From IMG/VR virus record IMGVR_UViG_3300045988_083782: a stretch of DNA of 64,000 bases; one strand, given 5' to 3'. A program made the translations under genes and the position numbers. Each line of letters begins with the position of its first letter. The first letter of the stretch is position 1. The notes under the pieces are model-generated. The model saw only the letters and a program-made list of their open reading frames with translations. It was not told the DNA's origin and did not search any database. The stretch comes from a virus. Positions 49,523-60,429 of this stretch are shown here, one piece after another.

Positions 49523-50275
49523 ATGGAAATAATCGTTAGAATTGTAAAACAGAATCCTTGGACAAACCTTACTAAATGGAGTAAGTGTTTTGATTATATA
49601 GGCTCATACTGGACTAGATCAGGAAACTTATACACAGGATTAACAGCTGAAGACGCTGAAAGATTAGAAAAAGAATTAAGATACGAACCGGGTACATTAT
49701 CACCAAGTAGTTCTTTCTGGGAAACATATGCAATCAAAGTAGGTAAGAACGACACTATTTTGAGAACAGAAAAACCTGAAGATGAACTTAAATATCTGTT
49801 CCTGAAAGGACACAAAAGAGTTGCAGATGGTCTTAACAAACAGAATGCAGCTACAGATTACTTGCTGATTAATGCTACTAGTGAAGCTGAAGAGACTAAC
49901 AAGTTCAATAAGATTAAGCGTGAGGCTTATAGAGAACTTGATAAGATGTCTATCGAAGATATGCGTAAGTGTTTACGTCTGTATGGTATTAAATCAGATA
50001 ACCTTTCTAATGAACTTGTTGAGGCTAAGATGAATGAACAGATCGAATTGTCTCCGAATAAGTTTATGTTGAAATGGGTTAACAATCCTAATAAGGAAAC
50101 TCAGTTCTTGATTGAGAACGCTCTTTCTAAGAACATCCTTAGACGTAACCGTACACAATACTTCTACGGTACAGAAATGATTGGAAATGGAATTGATGAT
50201 GCTATTGCTTATCTGAATGATAAGAAGAATCAGGATATTAAGATGTCCATTCTCCAAGAAACAAAATCTAAGTAA
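49523..50275 (+). CDS. hypothetical structural-module protein
   Basis: 250-aa ORF with no TAG. Confidence 0.5.
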   Translation: MEIIVRIVKQNPWTNLTKWSKCFDYIGSYWTRSGNLYTGLTAEDAERLEKELRYEPGTLSPSSSFWETYAIKVGKNDTILRTEKPEDELKYLFLKGHKRVADGLNKQNAATDYLLINATSEAEETNKFNKIKREAYRELDKMSIEDMRKCLRLYGIKSDNLSNELVEAKMNEQIELSPNKFMLKWVNNPNKETQFLIENALSKNILRRNRTQYFYGTEMIGNGIDDAIAYLNDKKNQDIKMSILQETKSK

Positions 50276-50277
50276 AT

Positions 50278-50970
50278 ATGACAATAAAGGATTTACATAT
50301 TGCTTTTAAAACTGGTGCTGATAAGAATGAAAAGGCAGTTGCGTTTGGTGGCTGCCCAGCATTCACACCAGAAGAAATTGATCAATTCCTGATGCAGGGA
50401 TATGTTGAAGTATTATGCAATAAGTTTACTGGATCTAATACTAGACAGGAAGCATTTGAAGGTAGTGTCAAAAGAATAGCAGATTTAGAAAGATTAGTAA
50501 AAACTGATAATGCTGTAGCTGTTACTTTTGACTCTAGTTCTAATGTACTTACTATGTCTGATTTCTTTAAAGATTCAAGCAATACTAACAACAGATTGTT
50601 CTTTGTAAATGCTGTATTACACTTTGGCAATAATCAGGCAAATGTAGATCTAGTAGATCATAAAACAGCTGATAGGTTCCGTAAAACTTATAATAACGAT
50701 CCCTGGATTCCAACACCTAAGGCTACTATTGCTGATAACTAGTTAAAGATATATATAGATACAACTAGCATGAAAGCTCCTTATACTGTTGACATTACTT
50801 ATGTTAAATATCCTGATAAGATCAATTATAAAGAATATAATAAGGATATTACAGAAGTACCTGAATACGTATTATATGAAGCAGTAAATAGAGCTGTAGT
50901 AATTGCTCTGGAAAATATTGAGTCTAGGCGTACAGAAACTAAGCTACAAATAAATAATTTACAAGAATAA
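50278..50970 (+). CDS. hypothetical structural-module protein (one TAG at 50740)
   Basis: 50278-50742 and 50770-50970 are in the same frame; the stop is TAA. Confidence 0.55.
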
Positions 50971-51008
50971 TATATTGTAGTTGCTACAAATAAATAATTT
51001 ACAAGAAT
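50943..51008 (+). repeat. 26-bp perfect direct repeat flanking the junction with the homing endonuclease gene
   Basis: GCTACAAATAAATAATTTACAAGAAT at 50943-50968 and again at 50983-51008. Confidence 0.9.
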
Positions 51009-51747
51009 GGATTACACTAAGTTTTTAATAGATGATAATTATTCTGTAGATTATGTCATTTACAGATTTAAAAATAATGTAAATGGAAAAGTCTATATAG
51101 GACAAACTACTAAAAGTTTACATAAACGAGTAATCTAGCATTTAACTAATAGTAGACCTACTACAAAAGCTCATAAAACTTATTTTCATAACGCGTTGAA
51201 CAAATACGGAATTGAAAATTTTAGTTTGGATATTATTGAGCGTTGTTCTTCGCAAAAAGAACTAAACGAAAGAGAAATATATTGGATCGCTTATTATAAA
51301 TCTACTGATAAAAAATATGGATACAATATAGATTCTGGAGGAAATCTAGGAAAGTCTACATCTAAGTTAAGTAAAGAACATAGACAAGCATTACTTGCTG
51401 CTAATCTTGGAAAACAAAGATCTAAAACTACTAAATAGAGACTTAAACAAGTTCATAAATAGTTATGGGAAGATCCTGAATTTAAAGCTAAACATATTGG
51501 TAATATTTTAAAAGTGGCAGGAATAAATAAAAAACCTGTATATCAATACGATTTAGATGGTAAGTTTATAAAGGAATGGCAATGTATTTCTGATGTACAA
51601 GAAGCTCTATATGGAAATAAAAGAAACGGAAACATGACTAGAAATATTATTAACAGCAATAACAAAAATATGTTGGGTTTTATGAAAAATATGTCCATTT
51701 GGTCATTTACTTCACCAGCGGAAAGGAGGGCTTATCAGCGCACGTGA
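51007..51747 (+). mobile_element. free-standing GIY-YIG homing endonuclease gene (three TAG codons)
   Basis: YVIYRFKNNVNGKVYIGQTTKSL, NALNKYGIENF, REIYWIAYYKS and YGYNIDSGG. Pieces 51196-51438 and 51514-51747 share the frame. The stop is TGA. Confidence 0.75.
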
Positions 51748-51748
51748 A

Positions 51749-52462
51749 ATGCAAGTAGAGTTCGAAAGACGAATTACATTGATGAATCCAGACTTTGAGT
51801 TGAAAGAAAAACTCACTTCTGATACTATCTTTTCTTTCTTAAATGCCTATACTGAAAGATATGTAAGAATAAATTACTTACAAGAGGACTAGGTATTAGA
51901 TGGAACTAGAGCTCAGAAGAAGAATGCAGATGCATTGAAAGGATTGATTGTAAGAGGTCTTTATGAAGTAGATACTAAAGACGCTAATAATACTGATAAA
52001 GTATCTGATAGAGTCAAATTACCTGAAGACTACTTCCTGTATATCAGAAGTAACAGCATGATCTCTAAAAACTATAAAATAGAAACTGAGATCAGCAATC
52101 CAACAGATTATGTTATTACTCCTAATAAGACTATTAGAGAGGATGATGTAGAGAAGATAATCTCTACTTATTATAACAAGGCAATTATGCTTAATCCGTA
52201 TGTAGTGCTTAATGCTGGTAATAATGCTGATACACAGAAAAGTATTTACATTAATATTATACATGATGAATATACTGTAATTAAGAAGCTTGATTTAGTA
52301 TATTATCGTAAACCAAAGAAATTTGATGTAATTGGCGTTGATGGCGTTAATGTATTAAATAAATGTGAATTACCTGATAACGTACATATGGAGATTGTAG
52401 AAGGCGCAGTAGAAATGTTTATTACTGAGGCTAGATATCGTCTTAACATGAAACAAGACTAA
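51749..52462 (+). CDS. hypothetical structural-module protein (one TAG)
   Basis: ATG at 51749 is in frame with 51935-52462 and starts 2 nt after the endonuclease stop. Confidence 0.5.
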
Positions 52463-52464
52463 TT

Positions 52465-53190
52465 ATGAAATACATTGCCCTGCAAGAAGCATTTGAATTA
52501 GAGATTAATAAGTTAGATGATAACTTAAGTAAACCTACTACAAATACTACTGAATACTTTTTAAATGCTGGTCTAGATAAGTTCTGGAAGACTCGTTACT
52601 CTGCTATGAATTATAAAAGAGAAGGGTTTGAATAGACTGAAAAGCGTATTGATGATCTTCGTACTTTAGTACAAGAAGAATCATTTGAAGATGCTGCTAT
52701 TACTACAGTAAATCCTTCACTATATACAGTGACATTACCAGAAAACTATGTACTGTTACTTGGTGATACTGCTGGTATACAGCCTGCTGATGGAGTAGAG
52801 ATACCTTGCTGGGAAAAAGATGAAGAAGGTAATTATATAGTACATTATACAGATACTATAGAAGGTACCATAGAAACTGTAGATAGAATCAAAGAGAATT
52901 CACTATCAGAGTATCATCTACATTATACTAAAGCTAGACCTATTAAGTTGATCGCTAGAGACTTAATTAAACTATATACGGATGGTAAATATAAAGTAAG
53001 TAAATATACTATTAGTTACATCCGCAAACCAAACAAAATAGATATTCACAAAGAACCATTTGCTGAATATACAGATATGCCTGAACATACATAGTTAGAG
53101 ATAGTAAAGTTAGCAGCTTAGCTATACTTAGAGAATCAGGCTAATCCAAGATACCAGTCATATAACAATGAAGTTAATGTGATGGAATAA
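52465..53190 (+). CDS. hypothetical structural-module protein (TAG-recoded)
   Basis: ATG 52465 is in frame with 52729-53094. It continues through TAGs to TAA 53188. Confidence 0.5.
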
Positions 53191-53295
53191 AGAATAAGCG
53201 CTTACTAACGTGGAAATCTGAAATAATGAAAGTAGAAGGTAAGCATGTTAAACAAGAAAGCGCTTAATTAATGTTTAACTAAACAAATATAAACT

Positions 53296-54279
53296 ATGAT
53301 TACAAGAGTTGATACCGTACTTATCGGTAAAAATTGTCCTGCTTCTTATACTACAGCTGACGATTTGGCTGCTGGTGATGTTGCAATGTTTGACCAAGAT
53401 AGAAAAATCATCAAAACAGCTGCTGATGCGGTAAAAGCTAGTGCGTTGTATATCGGTGTAGCACAGGATAAAGTAACTGTAACTAAACCTGATGGTACTA
53501 CTGAACAAAAAGCTAACATTGAATTTTCTAATGCAATTCAGAAAGACTCTAAACCGTCTGCTGTAATTGGTACTTATGTTGCTCCTGTTCAGGAAAAGAT
53601 TGTTATTACTTTGACGAATGCTACAATCGTTGCTGGAAACCGTTACGTTCTTCGTATTGTTTACAAAGACATGTTTGAAGATCCGGGACAGTTTACTCAC
53701 ACTTACGAAGTATTTGCTGAATCTGCAACTGCTGCTGATCTGGCTACTGCTATCGTTAAGAAGATTAATAAACACGCTAATCGTCGCGTTTAGGCATCTG
53801 CTTCTGCTGCTGTTATTACTTTAACTGCTATGGAAAAAGATGACAACGAAGGTGTATATTCTATCAATGAATATAGCGTTGTATCTATGGACGCTAGCTT
53901 GTATGAAACAATTCCGGGCGCTTTATTGAGCAACTACCCGAAAGCAGTTGCTGGTGCAACTATTGTTAAAACTCCAGGTAACCCAGGTAAAGGTTATTGG
54001 AAACAAGTTAGAGACAGAGAAGCACGTCAGATGGGTTACAAAGGACATGTATTTACAGGTGCATATCCTGAAGTAGAACAGGTTAGAAAAGTAGTTGCTG
54101 GTGATACTTATGACTATGCTACTATTGAAAATGATAACTTGTATCTGAGCAATGATAACCAGTATATTAAGACTACTCCGATCTTGACTGAATTATATGT
54201 TAAGGCTGGTACTCTTAATAACTCTGTACTTGCAAAAGGTTTGCAAGCATTTATCAGCGGTGTTGCTCCGTCTGTATAA
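53296..54279 (+). CDS. abundant-looking structural protein (one TAG at 53791)
   Basis: 53296-53793 and 53830-54279 share a frame. Codon usage resembles the capsid gene and a strong terminator follows. Confidence 0.55.
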
Positions 54280-54300
54280 TATTAAATTTCAGTGTACCGT

Positions 54301-54337
54301 AAAGGGGGTTGGGGGTAAAACCCTGACTCCCTTTTTT
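54301..54337 (+). terminator. Rho-independent terminator
   Basis: AAAGGGGG...CTCCCTTT with an inner GGGT-AAA-ACCC, then TTTTTT. Confidence 0.55.
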
Positions 54338-54348
54338 ATTTAAGTAAT

Positions 54349-54894
54349 ATGGAAATAACTAAAACAGAAACAACAATTGAGATCAAGCTGAAGTCAGCCA
54401 TGAATGTAACAGCAGTATATGTAGATAACTTAGATAACTTTAAGAATGCTTATTCAACTGTAGTTACTAATCATACTCAAGCAACTGTAAAAGAATTTGG
54501 TAGTGTAACTGAAATCAGTATACCATTTGAAGAAGGTACTTCTACAAGTGCATTTACTGTTACTATTAGTACTGCTGATGGAGTATAGGAAGTTGGTTTT
54601 TACTACGATAAAGATCAATTATATTATGCAGAGATTGATGTTCTAACTAATCATTGTAATACTTGTTTAGATAAACAGTAGAAAGAAAGAATGACATTGT
54701 TTATACTTAAGAAAGATCTGTTAGAATATGCAGAGCAGAATAATATGATAGACAATGCTGTTAACTTCTACATAGACTTAGACAGAATGCTAAATTTAAG
54801 TAAGCTATCTAGATCAGTAGATACTTATAATACTGTAATTAGAGGTTGTAATAAACAGTGTAAATGCTGTTGTAATGGATCTTGTGCAATATGA
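54349..54894 (+). CDS. hypothetical structural protein with Cys-rich C-terminus (two TAG)
   Basis: 54349-54588 and 54691-54894 share a frame. Ends in CNKQCKCCCNGSCAI. Confidence 0.5.
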
Positions 54895-55118
54895 ATAAAG
54901 ACACATATATAATCGGTGCAGGTCTAAATTATGAAACTAAAGTAAATCTAAACTATAAGAAATGGTATATGCTTAATTTCGTATGTGCTGAGCATATAAT
55001 GTAGTTATTAGATGATTCTAGGAGTAGTAATCTTTCATATGAATAGATTGAAAGACTTAGAGCTCACATTAAAAAACTAATAAGATATGACTATAGACGA
55101 ACTTTACCAGTTAGTTAA
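54891..55118 (+). CDS. small hypothetical protein (two TAG); 3' end overlaps the next gene
   Basis: ATGA start/stop overlap with the previous gene; open to TAA 55116. Confidence 0.35.
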
Positions 55119-55806
55119 GTAGATTCAGGCACAAGTAGAACTTAATACACTTGCAGTTCAAAGTATATCTAATCAGCTTAATACCTATACTCCATTATCA
55201 CAATTCTATAATGTGAATAATAAAGTAAATGGTTATGATGCTACTCTAACTGATATAGCTAACAAGGTAGCCACATTGTCTTTAGATCTATCTAAAGTGA
55301 ATAAACTATCTACTATGCTAGACACTAATATCAAGAATGCAGCCATAGATGACATACTATAGTTTGATGGTGATAGGTGGACTAATGTTAAAGCAAGTGG
55401 AATTGTAGGTGGTGGTGGAGTTAACAAACTAGAAGATTTGTCAGACGTTAGAATAAGTAACAAATTAGATAAACAATCTCTAGTATGGGACAATACTACT
55501 AGTAAATGGATCAACTATACTGTATCAAGCGGTGGTGGAGGAGAAGGTGGAGGATTAGATGTTACTGCTATGTGGCAAGAATTAGCTAAAGCAGACTCTA
55601 GTAAAACTATAGATCCAAGCCACATTACTGGATTTGTACAGTCTACAAATGGAACTGCTACTAATCTAACAGTAAATACTTTAACTACTAGTGGAAATGT
55701 AAGAATGACTAACGGTAGTAAACAGCTTAGCTTGACTACTTCTGGAGTAAGTGTTAATGGAGATCTTACTTCGACTGGAGAAATAACAGCATACAAACTA
55801 GCGTAA
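55087..55806 (+). CDS. tail fibre-like protein (two TAG)
   Basis: ATG 55087 is in frame with 55438-55806. Gly runs (GGGGEGGG), Thr/Ser/Asn-rich, ends in GEITAYKLA. Confidence 0.55.
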
Positions 55807-55809
55807 AAA

Positions 55810-58800
55810 ATGAATAGAAATAACATATATACAGTTAATCCATTATATAATGGTTCTACTACTTAGACTACAGAAGATGGTTCTGTACAAAGTGGTGGAA
55901 CCACTATTATTTACCAATAGGGTGGTGGAACTGGTCTAACAGATGCTTAGAAATAGAAACTAGATGGTATTTAGGAAGGAGCTGAAGTAAATCAGAATGC
56001 TTACTCAAAAGTAAGATTAAATGGTTCTGATGCTTTAATAGTAGAAGCAAAGAATAAAACTGATATACTTAACATGTCAGGAGTATATCCTATTGCTATT
56101 GCTATTAATGACAATGGAGGACTTGATTTTACAGTATCATCAGACCAATCTAATACTAATTCTGTAGTAACACAAGCATAGTTAAAAGCTGCTCTAGATT
56201 AGTTAGAAAAAGATCAGTATTGGAAAGTAGATGCAGATGGTAAGTTATATACTGAATTAGATGTATATTCTCACAAAGAAATCTCAGCGTATGGAGCTGG
56301 TACTGGTGGAGGAGGTACAGGTGGTGCAGGTGCATTATATGAATGTGCCGATGTACTTAGAGATGGTGATAAAGTAAAAGGAGCAGAAGTAGGCTCTGTA
56401 TTATCATACAATGGTACACACTGGTATGCTATTCCACAATCAGCAATTGTTCCAGATCTTAGTGGTTACGCTACTAAATCATATGTATCATAGGAGATTA
56501 ATGACCTAATAGGTGGAGCTCCTGGTACATTAGATACTTTAAAAGAGATTGCAGAAGCATTAGGCAACGATCCTAACTTTGCAACTACTATTACCAATAT
56601 GATAAACAATATTGGTCTTAGAGTAGATGACATAGAAGCTAGAGTAGTATCTCTAGAAGATATGTTTGAATGGGATAAATCTGCTAGTGCTAGCGATTCA
56701 TCTCTTTGGCGTATTAAGGCAAAGAGAGATTTATTTGGAGTAGGAGAAATCTCAGCGTATGGGTATTCAGCAGGCACAGTACCAACTGGTGCACAATACT
56801 TATATGAATTAAAGGATGTACAACTAACAGATTTAGCTACAGGTCAATTACTACAGTATAATGGAAGTAAGTGGGTAAACATAGATAAGAATGCAGTAGG
56901 TCTTAATGAAACAGAATTAGGTAGATATCTTACTAATAATAACTATGCTAAGAAAACTGATATTACTTGGGCTAACTTACTAAACAAACCTACTACTTGG
57001 GCATGGGCTGATATTACTGGTAAACCTACTACATTAGCTGGATATGGTATTACAGATGCTGTAATTAGTTCTAGATAGGTATTAGCAGGTAATGGATTAA
57101 CTGGTGGAGGAGCATTAACCTCTGATGTTACTTTATCATTAAATACTATTGGAACTGCTGGTACATATACTAAAATAACTACAGATCAATATGGTAGAGT
57201 AGTATCTGGTACTATACTATCTGAAGGTGATATACCTACTTTACAAATAAGTAAGATTAGTGGGTTGTAGTCTGCATTAGATAGTAAACTCAATATAAGT
57301 GATTTCAATACTTGGTTTACTATTAATAGAGATACATCTGGTAATATAGTTAGTATATAGGCTAATTACAATCTATTCTCTGTGGGAGAAGTATCTGCAT
57401 ATGGATTAGGTGGAACTCAACCTTCTATTACCACATTAGCTGGATTAGATGATGTTAATATTAGTAACCCACAAAATAAGTAGGCACTAATATATGATTC
57501 TGCATCAGGTAAATGGATAAATGGAGCAAGTGTTGGAGGAGGTAATATATCTCTTAATGGTACTGTTTATACAGCAGTGGATGGACTTATTACTTTACCT
57601 AATTTATATGAAAAAGTTGCAGGAGGTACTTCTTCTCAATTCCTCAAAGCAGATGGGAGTGTAGATGGGAATAGATACTGGGAATACAGTCATGTGTCTG
57701 TTCCAGAATCTATAGACTTTACATATCATGATGGAAAGCTACGATTAATACAGAATAATTCTGGTACATCCGTTGGACCAACTATGTATTGGGGAGGTCT
57801 ATCTGCAATTAGTAATTACAATGGTTTTCAGCTTGTAGTATATGGAGGTACTACTGAAGCGTATTATATCAGAAAAACAGCTGATAATAATACTTGGAGT
57901 GATTGGTCATAGCTAATAACATCTAGAAATTATGAAGGTATTGTAGGTAATAAGTTTGTATTAAAAGCAGGTGACACTATGACCGGACGTCTTACTGCGC
58001 CTTTTTTTAGAGCGAACAATATGATCTCTGTCGGAGTTCCTGTAGAACAATTATCTTCGTCTAGAGCTGAATTAAACATAATCACATTAACAAATAATCC
58101 TTGTGATATATGGATGGGAGCTAATAATCAAAGACATTGGTCTATTACAGCTAGAGATTCTACCGAAAATTATCAATTAGGTATATACAATAGTAAAGTA
58201 TCTAGTTGGAACGCTATCTTTAGAGACAATATTAATGACTTTTATGTTAAGACAGAAGTACGTGATACTTTCTTGGTCTTACCGACAACAGGTGGTGGTT
58301 ATAATGAGGGCATTAGAATAGGAAATGCTTCAAACGGATGGTCTAATATTCAATTCGGATCTCAAAATGCTTGGAACGGTAAAGTTGATGGGCAATGGAT
58401 TATAGGAAGAAATCCGGTGAAGTATTTCCAGATTTGTCTAGCTGGAACTGAAACTGCCAACACTTCAAAACCGGGTAAAGGAATCTCCATAGATATTAAT
58501 GGTTATCTGGATACTGGTTATATCCGTCCTAATATAGATACTGAATATAAAGCGAATTATTTCTATGCTTCAGATGATAGTTTCATAAGAAGAACTACTT
58601 GGAATTACGCTCTAAACTGTTTAAACCAAAATCAATTAACTTTAGACCTTTCAAGCCTTGATTCTAATAAGTGGTATCCCTGTACTATCAATGCTCCGGC
58701 TTACGGAGGAACCCCATTGAGAATCACTATATTTAATGGTCTTAGAGGTAATAAACCATCGTGGGCATCACACTCTTCCGGATTCTCTTTGTTACTGGAT

Positions 58801-60429
58801 TATTATGTGACGGGTTCCGGTTGGGGAACGTTAAGTGCTGTTTCTAAGTTAGATTGGTATCATGGATCTTATGGTGGGGAAACTGCTTTTGGCGGTAGAC
58901 AACAAAACACGATGGGATCTGCTGAGATTGTTTATTTGCGTGGTGGAGGTGTCTATTATTATAGAACTACTAATCACGGACAGTTAACTGTTCATCCAAA
59001 TGGGTATTCTTGGGCTAGCGGATCTTATACGTATAGTGCGGCAGTAAAAACCTCACAAGATAATTCTCCAATGGAGAAAACATTTGATCAGGTATATTGG
59101 GCACCTGCAAATCTAAGAACAACAAGAAATTTATGGGGACAACCTTTTAATGGCACAAGCGATGTATCTGGAGCTTTGCAATATGTGACTACCATTAATG
59201 CTTCTAGCACTATCTATACAGGTGGTGATATTATTGCTTACAGTAGACTGTTTTGTGGAGGTTATTTATATGTTCATAGAAACGCACATAGTAGTAGTGC
59301 AGCTCCTGCTATATCCTTAGCAATCGGAGACACTGATACCGGATTTAATTGGTATTCAGATGGTGCTGTACAGATTTATTCTAACGGGTCTGCTGTAGGA
59401 ATGTGGACAGGTAGTGAGTTTAGATATGGTCACGGGTATTTTAAACAAGCTAGTGGAAACGACTATTCTCAATTAGGTATAATGGTCAACGGTAACGGTA
59501 CTGCCAATACTATTAAACCTGGAATCGGTTTTCACCAACCAGGAGTATTTGCAGGATCTATAAGAATGAATGATGGTTCTACATTTGGACTCTATGCTCA
59601 GGGTGGTAGTGGTCTAGCAAACCTTAGTTTGAATGGATGGTATACAAATTTCGGTTATATAAATGGTGACGGAATACACCTTTCATCAGGTTGGCTTAGG
59701 ACTGTTGGGGCTACAGGCTGGTATAATGAAACCTATGCTGGTGGTATGTACATGGCAGATGGTACTTGGATAAGAACTTATAACGGTCGAAAGTTCTATG
59801 TTGATAATGCAGAGGTAGATGCTATATTAACTCAGGGAGGTTTTAGAAGCAATGGCAATAGTCAAGTTGGCTTACAAATTGATGGTTCTGAATCTACTAG
59901 GACTATTATCTATGGAAAAATTGGTTCTACTGTAAATTCAGTAGTTGCCAGATATGCTGTAAACTGGTATTCTGAATGGGCACGCTTTGATGTACATCGA
60001 GGAGGAGGAACAGATATTCTAAAATTTAGCTGGAAACATAATGATACAGAATTAATGTATCTAGGTATGGGAGGTTATTTCCAAGTTAACGGTACTATTG
60101 TTTCTACAGGTGAAGTTACAGCATATTCTGATATAAGACTTAAAACCAATATTAAACCTCTAGATTATAAGGGAAGGTTAGCTCCTAAATGGTTTATCAA
60201 AGATAATAAGCCTAGTATTGGCTTCATTGCACAAGAGGTGTAGGCTTTATACCCTGAACTTGTTAAAGTAAACACAAGTACTATAGAGAATTACCTGAGC
60301 TTAAACTACGGTGCAATTACCGCAGTTCTCTCAGCTCAAGTAAATAAAGTAGAGGATGAAGTAGAAGTACTTAAAAATAGAATCAGATAGCTTGAGAATG
60401 AAGTTGCTCTGTTAAAACAGAAACCTTGA
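55810..60429 (+). CDS. large tail fibre protein (1539 aa, about 20 TAG sense codons) with C-terminal peptidase S74 intramolecular chaperone domain
   Basis: I translated frame 1 codon by codon from 55810 to 60429 and found no TAA or TGA. Fibre motifs LAGYGITDA, GTYTKITTDQYGRVVSG, FLKADGS and LKAGDTMTGRL. The S74 signature is GEVTAYSDIRLKTNI...IGFIAQEV...ALYPELV, followed by a coiled coil. Confidence 0.8.
57640..57672 (+). repeat. left copy of 33-bp perfect inverted repeat (candidate recombination site)
   Basis: TTCCTCAAAGCAGATGGGAGTGTAGATGGGAAT, in frame inside the fibre gene (FLKADGSVDGN). Confidence 0.9.

Noticed and set aside
39348-60429. The fragmented late ORFs could be read as pseudogenes or frameshifted genes.
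   Set aside because: All fragments of each gene share one frame and are separated only by TAG, never by TAA or TGA. A CUA-anticodon tRNA sits just upstream, and conserved motifs span the TAG positions.
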